Source: Acidobacteriota bacterium (GTDB taxonomy: Bacteria > Acidobacteriota > Vicinamibacteria > Vicinamibacterales > UBA2999). Taken from it: a stretch of DNA of 64,000 nt. This document shows, one piece after another, positions 38,565 through 48,942 of this stretch. Position 1 is the first letter of the stretch; each line of letters begins with the position of its first letter. The position numbers and the translations under genes were made by a program. The stretch lies in contig JACPTI010000065.1 of assembly GCA_016192845.1 (NCBI GenBank), forward strand, positions 538-64,537. The letters run 5' to 3'. Under the pieces are notes generated by a model. The model had not been told where the DNA came from. It worked only from the letters and a program-made list of their open reading frames with translations, and made no database searches.

Positions 38565-39266
38565 GTGCGCGCCACCGCAGCGGGCCCCGCGCGCCTCTTC
38601 AGCTGGATCGGCGGGCTCCTCTTCGTCCTCTCGCTTGTCTATTTCGTCTTCGTCTACCTCACGGCGTTCGGCGCCGCTGCCGGCGGGGGCCGGGCCGCCC
38701 CGGCTGTGGTGTGGGACGTCGCGCTGTTCACGCTGTTCGCGCTGCATCACAGCATCTTCGCGCGTGCACCGATCCGCGCGTGGGTCGGGCGGATCATGGC
38801 GCCGGAGGTCGAGCGGTCGGTCTACGTCTGGCTCGCCAGCGCGCTCTTCCTCGTCGTCTGCGCGTGGTGGCGGCCCGTGCCGGGGGTCGCGTGGAGCGCC
38901 GGCGGGATCAGCGCGTGGCTGCTCAGCGCCGTCCAGGTCGTGGCGCTCTGGCTCGTCATCCGCAGCGCAGCGGTGCTCGACGTCTGGGAACTGGCAGGCG
39001 TGACCAGGGTGCCCACTCCGCCTGCCGAGTTCAAGACCAGGGGCCCCTACGGATGGGTGCGGCATCCAATTTACGCCGGGTGGTTTCTCTTCGTATTCGC
39101 CGCGACGCCAATGACGATGACGCGGCTGGTGTTCGCGATCGCCAGCTGCGCCTACCTGCTCATCGCGATTCCGCTGGAGGAACGCACGATGCGCGCCGCG
39201 TCGCACGGCGGGTACGAGCGCTATATGGCGCAGGTGCGATGGCGGCTGGTGCCGGGCGTGTATTGA
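38565..39266 (+). CDS. ICMT/PEMT-like membrane methyltransferase-family protein
   Basis: FKTRGPYGWVRHPIYAGWFLFVFA motif with multiple TM helices. Divergent from the KAS gene with a gap of at most 33 nt. Confidence 0.7.
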   Translation: MRATAAGPARLFSWIGGLLFVLSLVYFVFVYLTAFGAAAGGGRAAPAVVWDVALFTLFALHHSIFARAPIRAWVGRIMAPEVERSVYVWLASALFLVVCAWWRPVPGVAWSAGGISAWLLSAVQVVALWLVIRSAAVLDVWELAGVTRVPTPPAEFKTRGPYGWVRHPIYAGWFLFVFAATPMTMTRLVFAIASCAYLLIAIPLEERTMRAASHGGYERYMAQVRWRLVPGVY

Positions 39267-39270
39267 GGCC

Positions 39271-39290
39271 GCGGGGGCTGAAGCCCCCGC
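39271..39290. terminator. GC hairpin between convergent genes
   Basis: GCGGGGGC-TGAA-GCCCCCGC lies between the stops at 39264-39266 and 39292-39294. Confidence 0.45.
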
Positions 39291-39291
39291 G

Positions 39292-39597
39292 CTACTCCTC
39301 CTCCTCGTCCTTCGGCAGCCCTTCGAATTCCTCGAGAAAGATCAGCCCCCGATGCGATGGGATTTCGAAGCGCTTGCCGCAGACCTTGCACGTGACGTCG
39401 TTGTCGACGCGGATGAGGTGGTCTTTCACCTTGGCGAACAGCGCTCGATCGCGCTCATCGGCGCCCGACGGGACGTGCGCCTTCTTCGTCCGCCGCATCC
39501 ACTGGATCGAGTAGTCGCTGGTGCGCCGGCACCGGGGGCACTGCAGCCGTGCGGGACGCTGCTCCGGCTTTTCCGTAAAGAACCGCCGCTCATCCAC
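39292..39597 (-). CDS. zinc-ribbon protein (two CxxC pairs), function unknown
   Basis: ORF 39292..39741 trimmed to GTG 39597, because the upstream part is repeat-encoded. LQCPRCRR...TCKVCGKRF, with an acidic tail DEEEE. Confidence 0.55.
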   Translation of the reverse strand: MDERRFFTEKPEQRPARLQCPRCRRTSDYSIQWMRRTKKAHVPSGADERDRALFAKVKDHLIRVDNDVTCKVCGKRFEIPSHRGLIFLEEFEGLPKDEEEE

Positions 39598-39610
39598 GTG
39601 TGGATTATGA

Positions 39611-39747
39611 CAGTGCTTGGTCCCTTGCGCTCGGTGCCTGGTCCGTGCTTGGTGCTCGGTGCTTCGAGCGTACCTGGTCCGTGGTGCGGCAAAGGCCCGC
39701 CCGGACCACGCACCAACGGCCGACCAGGCACCAGGCATCAAGCACTG
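39611..39747. repeat. heptamer-word inverted repeat (GGTGCTT/GGTCCGT words vs AAGCACC/ACGGACC-type words) upstream of lon
   Basis: Outer perfect 9-bp pair CAGTGCTTG (39611-39619) / CAAGCACTG (39739-39747). The arms are built from reverse-complementary word sets; the inner pairing is imperfect. Confidence 0.7.
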
Positions 39748-39767
39748 CTAAACTGGCCGTGAGCCTT

Positions 39768-42161
<2,394 letters not shown>

Positions 42162-42162
42162 C

Positions 42163-43335
42163 GTGGCAGCGGCGATCGTCTTCTACGTGTCCGGCCACGG
42201 GTTCGGCCACGCCTCACGCGTCATCGAGGTCATCAACGCGATCCTCGCCCGGCGACCCGACACGCGGATCGGCGTCCGCACGTCGGCGCCGCGCTGGCTC
42301 TTCGATCTGACGGTCAAGGGGAAGGTGGCGTTCAGCACCCTCGAGTGCGACACCGGGGTCGTCCAGTCGGACGCGCTGACGCTGGACGAGGCGGACACGA
42401 TCCGCCGCGCCGCGGCGTTCCACAGCGATCTGGTGACGCGCGCCGCGAGCGAGACGCGCGTGCTGCGCGAGCTCGGCGCCGGGCTGATCGTCGGCGACAT
42501 CCCGCCGCTCGCCTTCGCGATCGGCGGCGCCGCCGGCGTCCCGTCGATTGCGCTCGGCAACTTCACCTGGGACTGGATCTACAGCGACTATCCGCGCGTG
42601 CGGCTGGCGCCGTCGCTGCTGCCGACGATTCGCGGCGCGTACGCCAAGGCGTCGATGGCGCTGCGCCTGCCGATGTCGGCGGGCTTCGAGAGCTTCTCCA
42701 ACATCAGGGACATCCCGTTCATCGCGCGGCACGCGACGCGCCCGCGCGAAGAGGTCTGCAAGGTGCTCAAGCTGCCGGCCGACAAGCCGCTCGTGCTGAT
42801 GTCGTTCGGCGGCTACGGGCTGCCGGGGCTCGACACGGATCTGCTGGCGAAATTCAAGAAGTACACCGTCATCAACGCGACGAGCAAGCCCGTCGGGCGG
42901 ACGCGCAAGGAGGTGCCGCTGGCCGAGCGCCACGGTTCGCTCGTCACCGTGAACGAGGAAGCGATGTACGACGCCGGCGTCCGCTACGAGGACCTGGTCC
43001 GCGCCTCCGACGCGGTCGTCACCAAGCCCGGCTACGGCATCATCGCCGAGGCGATTGCCAACGAGGCGGCGGTCCTCTACACGTCGCGCGGCCACTTCCC
43101 CGAGTACGACATCCTGGTCGAGGAGATGCCGAAGTACCTGCGCACCGCCTTCATCAGCCAGGAGGATCTCTTCGCGGGCAAGTGGGAGCCGCACCTGGAC
43201 AAGCTGCTGGCGCAGCTGCGGCCGAAGACCAAGAAGCCCGACACCGACGGCGCCGACGTGGTTGCCGATCTGCTGCTCAAGGCCTTGGATAAACCACCCA
43301 AGAAGCCCCGCGGACGGCCGAAGGTGAAGATCTGA
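42163..43335 (+). CDS. GT-B-like glycosyltransferase-family protein with C-terminal AT-hook-like tail
   Basis: [17 protein letters not shown] and [13 protein letters not shown] motifs. Tail [17 protein letters not shown] start 1 nt after the lon stop. Confidence 0.7.
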   Translation: MAAAIVFYVSGHGFGHASRVIEVINAILARRPDTRIGVRTSAPRWLFDLTVKGKVAFSTLECDTGVVQSDALTLDEADTIRRAAAFHSDLVTRAASETRVLRELGAGLIVGDIPPLAFAIGGAAGVPSIALGNFTWDWIYSDYPRVRLAPSLLPTIRGAYAKASMALRLPMSAGFESFSNIRDIPFIARHATRPREEVCKVLKLPADKPLVLMSFGGYGLPGLDTDLLAKFKKYTVINATSKPVGRTRKEVPLAERHGSLVTVNEEAMYDAGVRYEDLVRASDAVVTKPGYGIIAEAIANEAAVLYTSRGHFPEYDILVEEMPKYLRTAFISQEDLFAGKWEPHLDKLLAQLRPKTKKPDTDGADVVADLLLKALDKPPKKPRGRPKVKI

Positions 43336-43400
43336 ACAACTCGTTCGGATCGTTCGAGGCATTCGGATCGTTCGAATCGTTATCCGAACGTTCGAACGAC
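43336..43400. repeat. heptamer-word array, family D (CGTTCGG/CGAACG), between convergent genes
   Basis: ACAACTCGTTCGGATCGTTCGAGGCATTCGGATCGTTCGAATCGTTATCCGAACGTTCGAACGAC. Confidence 0.7.
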
Positions 43401-43406
43401 TGATTT

Positions 43407-44099
43407 TCAGTCTTTGATACAGGTCACCACCGACCAGAGCCGCGGCCAATTCACCTTCTGAACCGCTAACACGCGCAGTCCTGCGGCGTCGAGCACCGGA
43501 AATAGTTCCAAGTCGGCCTTGAACCCGACCCGCATCGTCAGCGGTGACAGCGCGCGCTCGATCCGCGCGACCAGCGGGTTGGCGCTCCGGAAGTGATTCA
43601 GGATGACGATCCGGCCGCCCGGCCGGCAGACGCGCCGCATCTCCCGCGCCGCCTGCACCGGATCGGGCACAACGCTGATGACGTACGGCGCGTAGACCCG
43701 GTCGAAGGCGCCATCCGCGAAGGTGAGCCTGGCCGCGTCGGCCGCCAGCAGCCGGAGGTGCGTGAGGCCCTCGCGGGCTAGTCGGGTCCGCGCCCGCGCC
43801 AGCATCGACGCGGAGAGATCGATGGCGGTCACCCGGCAGTGGCGCGGGTACAACGGCGCGTTCAGCCCGGTCCCGGTACCGACCTCCAGCACGTGGTCGC
43901 CGGGTCGGATGCCGAGCGCGCCGATCGCCGCGACGCGGCCCGACTGTAGAGGCGCGGCGAAGAGCAGATCGTAGACGGGAGACAAGGCGGCGTAAACGCG
44001 CCCGACGCCGGCGTTCTCGATCGGCCGCGAGAGCGGCCGGGCGCCGACGGGTGGGGCGTAATAGCCGCGCTCGCGGAGGGAAAGCGCCATCTCGCGCAC
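43407..44099 (-). CDS. class I SAM-dependent methyltransferase, bacterial phospholipid N-methyltransferase (PmtA)-like
   Basis: VLEVGTGTGLN SAM motif, 230 aa. Close paralog of 44204..44893. GTG start. Confidence 0.75.
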   Translation of the reverse strand: MREMALSLRERGYYAPPVGARPLSRPIENAGVGRVYAALSPVYDLLFAAPLQSGRVAAIGALGIRPGDHVLEVGTGTGLNAPLYPRHCRVTAIDLSASMLARARTRLAREGLTHLRLLAADAARLTFADGAFDRVYAPYVISVVPDPVQAAREMRRVCRPGGRIVILNHFRSANPLVARIERALSPLTMRVGFKADLELFPVLDAAGLRVLAVQKVNWPRLWSVVTCIKD

Positions 44100-44135
44100 T
44101 CACGTCGCAACGGGCGTGCCGGAGGGTTCGGCCGG

Positions 44136-44201
44136 GTCCGGCTGAAGCCGGACACTACGTACGCCGCGAAGGATTCAAACGACCCGAACGATCCGAACGA
44201 G
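44136..44201. repeat. family G REP-like palindrome followed by a family D word array
   Basis: GTCCGGCTGAAGCCGGAC-ACTACGT (44136-44160), then GGATTCAAACGACCCGAACGATCCGAACGAG (44171-44201). Confidence 0.7.
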
Positions 44202-44203
44202 TG

Positions 44204-44893
44204 TCAGTCTTTCCCGCAGATGACGAGCGACCACAGCCGCGGGATGCTGACCTTCTCGATCGACACCGGCCGCAGATCGGCCTGCACCAGGAACCCCGGA
44301 AGATCGAGATCCGACTTAAACCCGATGTGGACGGTGAGCGGCGAGAGCGCCCGGTCGAGGCGAGAGAACACGGGGTTGGCGCTGCGGAAGTGGTTCAGGA
44401 TGACGATCTTCCCGCCGGGCCGACAGACTCGCCGCATCTCGCCGACAACCTTGATCGGATCGGGCACGCAGTTGACGAGGTACGGCGCGTAGACGATATC
44501 GAAGGAGTCGTCCGCGAACTGCAGCGCCGCCGCGTCCATCTGCATCAGGCGGACGTGGGTCAGCGCCTTTTGCCGGATCCGCACCCGCGCCTTCTCCAGC
44601 ATCGACGCCGAGAAATCGATACCGGTGACGTGGCAGTAGCGGGGATAGAGCGAGGCGTTGATGCCGGTTCCGACGCCGACTTCCAGCACGCGATCGCCGG
44701 GACGGATGCCAACCCGATCGAGGGCGTACAGCCGGCCGGGGTGCAGGATCGGACCGAAGATCCAGTCGTAGACGGTGGCCAGCTTATCGTAGACACCTTC
44801 GACGAAGTCGTTCTCGATCGCAATGACCGACAGTGCCTGGCTGCCCAGATCCGTCCGGAATTTGTCGTTTTCACGCTCGAAGAGCGATATCAC
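44204..44893 (-). CDS. class I SAM-dependent methyltransferase, PmtA-like (tandem paralog)
   Basis: VLEVGVGTGIN, DIVYAPYLVNCVPDP, RRVCRPGGKIVILNHFRSANP; colinear with the downstream paralog. GTG start preceded by GGAGAG. Confidence 0.75.
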   Translation of the reverse strand: MISLFERENDKFRTDLGSQALSVIAIENDFVEGVYDKLATVYDWIFGPILHPGRLYALDRVGIRPGDRVLEVGVGTGINASLYPRYCHVTGIDFSASMLEKARVRIRQKALTHVRLMQMDAAALQFADDSFDIVYAPYLVNCVPDPIKVVGEMRRVCRPGGKIVILNHFRSANPVFSRLDRALSPLTVHIGFKSDLDLPGFLVQADLRPVSIEKVSIPRLWSLVICGKD

Positions 44894-44913
44894 CTGTCTC
44901 TCCGCCGCAAGGG

Positions 44914-44978
44914 CACCCCATCGCGCAGGGCCGGGGTCCCCACGGCGCCCGCGCCGTGGGGTGGTAGACGCGATGGGG
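44914..44978. repeat. nested REP-like family A hairpins in the leader of the PmtA-like gene
   Basis: Outer CACCCCATCGCG (44914-44925) pairs with CGCGATGGGG (44969-44978). Inner hairpin CCCCACGGCGC/GCGCCGTGGGG at 44938-44961. Confidence 0.65.
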
Positions 44979-45048
44979 CCCCGCTGAAGTGCTGGGAAAT
45001 CGAAGGTTGCGGTACCCGGGTCCCGGACCGTGCCTCGACCGCCCCGGC

Positions 45049-45077
45049 ACTATACAACGACACGGGGCAAAGCCCAA
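45049..45077 (-). promoter_or_regulatory. candidate sigma70-type promoter (TTGGGC-17 nt-TATAGT) for the PmtA-like genes
   Basis: On the minus strand, -35 at 45077-45072 and -10 at 45054-45049 with an exact 17-nt spacer, about 155 nt upstream of GTG 44893. Confidence 0.35.
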
Positions 45078-45113
45078 GTGACATGTCCGCGGGCAGGAGA
45101 CCGAGCCGCGCCC

Positions 45114-46991
45114 CTACCGCAACCCGCTGAGCACGTCGATGGCGGCCTGGATCCGGCCCGAGGGCGCCGCCACGTGCACGCCTTGCACGGCCCCTCTCAG
45201 CGCGCGGCCGACTTCGCGCGCAATGGCTACCCCTTCGGCGGCCGCCGCTTCCGGCGTGCCGACGCCCCGCATCCGCTCGAGGACTGCCTCGGGCACCTGG
45301 ACGCCGGGCACCTCGTTCGCCATGAACTCCGCATTCAGCACGCTTTCGAACGGCCACAGGCCGACGATGATCGGCACGCCTGCGGAGGCGACCCGCCGGT
45401 GGAACCGCTCGAAGGTCGCGACGTCGAACACCGGCTTGGTGACGGCGAACTCGGCGCCCGCCTCGACCTTGTACTCGAACCGGCGGACTTCCTGGTCCAG
45501 GTCTTCGGCGCCGGGATTCACCTGGACGCCGACGTGAAACGCGGTCGGCCCGCCGATCGGCTGTCCTCCGATATCGAATCCGTGGTTGAGCCGCGCGACG
45601 ACGTTCGTCAGGCCGATGGAGTCGACGTCGAAGACGGCGGTCGCATCCGGGTAATCGCCGACCGAGCGGACGTCGCCGGTCACGATCATCAGGTTGCGCA
45701 CGCCCATGGCGTGGGCGCCCAGCAGGTCCGACTGCATGCCGAGGAGGTTCCTGTCGCGGCATGAGTACTGGAGGACGGTTTCGACGCACGCCTTCTGCTG
45801 AAGGAGCACCGCCAGCGAGAGCGCGCTCATGCGGGCGCCCCGCGGCCCGTCGGGCACCAGCACGACGTCGATGCCGTTTCGCTTCAACGCGCTCGCCTGC
45901 TCGATGACGCCGTCGCTCGCAAACCCTTTCGGCGGGGTCAGCTGGACGATCGTGGCGAATCGGCCGTCGGCGAGCGTGCGGGCGAGCTGCGACCGCTCGG
46001 CGCAGGGCACGACGGCCACGGTCGGAGCCGTTGGCCGCACCCGCGGGTCCGAACGGACCCGCCCCACGGCCGTCTGCGCGTCGACCCGCGCCCGTGCCGC
46101 CGCACGCGCCGCCTCGGGCGCGTACTTCTTCACCGCGATCCTGATCTGCCGGATGTGCTCGGGCGTGGTGCCGCAGCAGCCGCCCACGAGCCGCACGCCC
46201 TGGCTCATGAAGCGGCGCGCGTACGACGCCATGTACTCCGGCGACGACAGGTAGATGTTGCGCCCCTCGATGTCGCGCGGGCGGCCGGCGTTCGGCTGCG
46301 CCGAAAACCGCGCGCGCGTCACCGCCGCCATCCGTTCAATCGTCTCGAGCATCGGAGCCGGGCCGATGCTGCAGTTCACGCCGATCACGTCGGCGTACGG
46401 GGCGAGCGCGGGCGCGAACTGTTCAGGGGGCGCGCCGTCGAGCGTGTTGCCGTCCTCCTCAATCGTCATCTGGGCGACGATCGGCAGCGCGCAGACGCTC
46501 CGGATGGCGGCAATGGCCGCGCGCAGCTCGTTCACGTCGCGGAACGTCTCGAGGATGAAGAGGTCGACGCCGCCGGCCGCGAGCGCCTCCGCCTGCTCGC
46601 GGAAGAACGCCTCCGCCTCGTCGGTCCCGGTCTTGCCCCACGGCTCGATCCGGATGCCGAGCGGGCCGATCGCACCCGCGACGTACACCTCGTCGCCGGC
46701 CACGCTCCGAGCCAGCCGCACGCCTTCGATGTTGATCTCGCGCAGGCGATCGGCGAGGCCGAAGCCGCGGAGCTTCACGCGGTTGGCACCGAACGTGTTG
46801 GTCTCGATGACGTCGGCGCCGGCGCGGACATACTCCTGATGCACCTCCGCGACCCGGCCCGGATCGGTGAGATTCAGCGCGTCGAAGCACCGGTTGATGA
46901 AGACGCCCTTCGCATAGAGCATCGTCCCCATCGCCCCGTCGCACACGAGCACACGTTTGTCGATGGCCTCGAGAAACGGCTTCATGAGCAA
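45114..46991 (-). CDS. bifunctional homocysteine S-methyltransferase / 5,10-methylenetetrahydrofolate reductase (YitJ-like)
   Basis: N-terminal Hcy-binding domain (VCDGAMGTMLYAKGV...ETNTFGAN...GGCCGTTPEHI) fused to a MetF-like C-terminal half. Confidence 0.85.
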   Translation of the reverse strand: MLMKPFLEAIDKRVLVCDGAMGTMLYAKGVFINRCFDALNLTDPGRVAEVHQEYVRAGADVIETNTFGANRVKLRGFGLADRLREINIEGVRLARSVAGDEVYVAGAIGPLGIRIEPWGKTGTDEAEAFFREQAEALAAGGVDLFILETFRDVNELRAAIAAIRSVCALPIVAQMTIEEDGNTLDGAPPEQFAPALAPYADVIGVNCSIGPAPMLETIERMAAVTRARFSAQPNAGRPRDIEGRNIYLSSPEYMASYARRFMSQGVRLVGGCCGTTPEHIRQIRIAVKKYAPEAARAAARARVDAQTAVGRVRSDPRVRPTAPTVAVVPCAERSQLARTLADGRFATIVQLTPPKGFASDGVIEQASALKRNGIDVVLVPDGPRGARMSALSLAVLLQQKACVETVLQYSCRDRNLLGMQSDLLGAHAMGVRNLMIVTGDVRSVGDYPDATAVFDVDSIGLTNVVARLNHGFDIGGQPIGGPTAFHVGVQVNPGAEDLDQEVRRFEYKVEAGAEFAVTKPVFDVATFERFHRRVASAGVPIIVGLWPFESVLNAEFMANEVPGVQVPEAVLERMRGVGTPEAAAAEGVAIAREVGRALRGAVQGVHVAAPSGRIQAAIDVLSGLR

Positions 46992-46998
46992 AACTGCA

Positions 46999-47688
46999 TT
47001 ATCTCACGCCCTGTTGCTCGATCTTTTGGTAGGCGAGCGTCGCCGCGTCCAGGAGCAGGTACGAGCGGTTGATGCGATCGATGCAGACCGAGCGCACGCC
47101 CTCGCGCTCGATTTCGACGAACCGGTGGTGGTGGCCGCAGAGATGCAGGCGGGGCCGAAGCACGGCGAGCAGCTCGTTGATGGCCGGCTTCCCCGCCTCG
47201 CGGCGGCGCGGCGCCGCGCCCGGACGTGCGGGGTCGGCGATGATGAAGGGGCGCGGCGCTTCATGCGTCATCAGGAGGTCGACCGGCGCGAGGCGCGTGC
47301 ACCGCTCGACCTCCTCGCGCACGAAGTGGCGCCGCTTGTCGTCCTTCGGCGTGTGCGGCAGCGCGGCCGCCGGCGTGTCGTACCAGGTCGGCGCGTACGT
47401 GCCGCCAAGCCCGGCCACGGTCAGCCCGCCGACGTCCACGGCGGTCCCGTTAAGGATGTAGTGCAGGTTCGGCGGCGCCGCGCGGCCCAACTCCCATTCT
47501 GCGATGCGATCGAAGTTCTCGTTGTTGCCCTTGATCCAGTAGAGCGGCGCCGGCGGATCGGGATACGCGCCGGTGCTGCTCGCGACGTCGCCGACGCAGA
47601 TCCAGTACGGCACGTCCGGATGCCGTCGCATCGCGCGATAGAGTGCCTCGAAGTTCCCGTGAATGTCGCCGGCGGCGCCGATCAGCAC
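46999..47688 (-). CDS. metallophosphoesterase-family protein
   Basis: GDIHGN, GDV, GNNE and GHHH motifs in canonical order. GTG start. Confidence 0.75.
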   Translation of the reverse strand: MLIGAAGDIHGNFEALYRAMRRHPDVPYWICVGDVASSTGAYPDPPAPLYWIKGNNENFDRIAEWELGRAAPPNLHYILNGTAVDVGGLTVAGLGGTYAPTWYDTPAAALPHTPKDDKRRHFVREEVERCTRLAPVDLLMTHEAPRPFIIADPARPGAAPRRREAGKPAINELLAVLRPRLHLCGHHHRFVEIEREGVRSVCIDRINRSYLLLDAATLAYQKIEQQGVR

Positions 47689-47722
47689 ATCCCTAGTTTA
47701 AGGCGTCACCGGTCATCAGTGT

Positions 47723-47754
47723 TTGCGAGCGATGACAAGTGTGGCTATACTTGT
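47723..47754 (+). promoter_or_regulatory. candidate promoter (TTGCGA-17 nt-TATACT) with overlapping inverted repeat ACAAGT/ACTTGT
   Basis: -35 at 47723-47728 and -10 at 47746-47751. Inverted repeat at 47735-47740 / 47749-47754, as expected for an autoregulated antitoxin operator. Confidence 0.4.
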
Positions 47755-47770
47755 AGCTAGAATCATCACG

Positions 47771-47998
47771 ATGCAGTTTGCCACCGTCGCAGAGGTTAGG
47801 AACGGGTTGTCGCGCTATCTGGCCCGCGCACGGAAGAGACGCGAGCCCATCGTCGTGACGCACCACGGAAAACCGTACGCGCTCATTCAGCCGCTTTCCG
47901 AGAGCGACCTCGAGATGCTGGACTGGAAAGGGCTGGCGGAAAGGCGACTGCGCGATGCCTGGGAGGGAGAAGACGATGCCCTCTACGACGACCTATAA
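47771..47998 (+). CDS. type II antitoxin, Phd/YefM family
   Basis: MQFATVAEVRNGLSRYLARARKRREPIVVTHHGKPYALIQPL. Overlaps the toxin start by 23 nt. Confidence 0.75.
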   Translation: MQFATVAEVRNGLSRYLARARKRREPIVVTHHGKPYALIQPLSESDLEMLDWKGLAERRLRDAWEGEDDALYDDL

Positions 47999-48365
47999 GC
48001 GCGGGACGGTGATCGTCGTCGAGGTGGCATTCTCGGACCTTTCGGGTTCGAAGCGGCGGCCGGCGCTCGTTGTCAGCGACGAGGGCTTCCACAGAACGCT
48101 TCCCGATCTCATCGTGTGCCCAATCAGTAGCCAGCCACGCTACTTCCAGAAACCTGGACCGGGCGATTGCCCCGTCGGAGGCTGGCGCACGGCCGGGCTC
48201 CGACGTCCGAGCACCGTTCGCATCTCGAAGCTCCTGGCCATCGACAAGGACATCGTCCGGCGAACGCTGGGCGTGCTGCCAGCGCAGGATCTCACGGTAG
48301 TAGAGACAAGCCTTCAGAAGGCACTCGGGCTCGCGCCCGAGCCACGCCGCGGTCGCGGGCGATGA
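47976..48365 (+). CDS. mazF: type II toxin, PemK/MazF-family endoribonuclease
   Basis: YKRGTVIVVEVAFSDLSGSKRRPALVVS...LIVCPISS...STVRISKLLAIDKDIV. ATG 47976 is preceded by GGGAGGGAGA. Confidence 0.75.
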   Translation: MPSTTTYKRGTVIVVEVAFSDLSGSKRRPALVVSDEGFHRTLPDLIVCPISSQPRYFQKPGPGDCPVGGWRTAGLRRPSTVRISKLLAIDKDIVRRTLGVLPAQDLTVVETSLQKALGLAPEPRRGRGR

Positions 48366-48651
48366 CGGCCACCGGCCGGCTCTGGTAGACGTCAGCCGGC
48401 CTGACGATTCCGGCGGCTCTCGTTCATTTATGTCGCCCGCGTCCGACGTCGAGAATCAACGTGATCGTCAACTGGCTCCAGATCCTCACGAAGGACCGAC
48501 AGTTTCGTCACGGCGATGAATGTCAGGGCTGGGCGCCAGGGCCATCTCGCGTGGGTCTTGGCCCCCGACAACGCCGTCGAAATTACCGTGATTGTCGCCA
48601 ACGTCCTCGGTGATCAGTTCGTGGTACTTTGCCAATATCAGGCGTATTCCC

Positions 48652-48942
48652 ATGCCGACGATTACCGTGAGACTGGACCGCACGCGCGCTGCTCGTCTTG
48701 CGCGATGGGCACGGCGTGGGAAAGTTCCCAAGTCCGAGGTGATCCGTGCCGTCATAGATCGTGCGGGTCCGATCGATACCGGAGACGACCTGATCAAAAG
48801 GGTGCAGGGCCGCCGCCGCGACCCGTCATGGCGCCGCGCGCGGCCAAGTTCATCGCGCACCCTGTTTCCGGCGTCGATGGCCTCTTCCGTCTCGAAGGCC
48901 CCGTTCACCACGGCTAAAGCCGGACGCTACATGGCATTTTGA
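48652..48942 (+). CDS. ribbon-helix-helix (CopG-family) protein; C-terminal part doubtful
   Basis: MPTITVRLDRTRAARLARWARRGKVPKSEVIRAVIDRA is a typical RHH N-terminus. The remaining ~50 aa are not family-like and overlap the nuoI 3' end. No partner toxin recognised. Confidence 0.45.
   Translation: MPTITVRLDRTRAARLARWARRGKVPKSEVIRAVIDRAGPIDTGDDLIKRVQGRRRDPSWRRARPSSSRTLFPASMASSVSKAPFTTAKAGRYMAF
48909..48932. repeat. family G REP-like palindrome (partial) at the nuoI stop
   Basis: CACGGCTAAAGCCGGAC-GCTACAT. The tail supplies the last codon and the stop of nuoI. Confidence 0.6.

Noticed and set aside
44894-45113. SAM-I/SAM-IV or SAH riboswitch upstream of the SAM-dependent methyltransferases.
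   Set aside because: Only short fragments resemble the consensus (CGCAACC, GGGGTGCCC). They are about 100 nt apart, and the rest of the core is missing. The structure is better explained by nested REP-like hairpins.
48366-48651. ORFs 48486..48911 (minus) and 48516..48917 (plus), considered as a toxin partner for the RHH gene.
   Set aside because: Neither matches PIN, RelE, MazF, HicA or other toxin signatures by eye. The two are mutually antisense, and one shares a CATG start with the RHH gene. The region is left unannotated.
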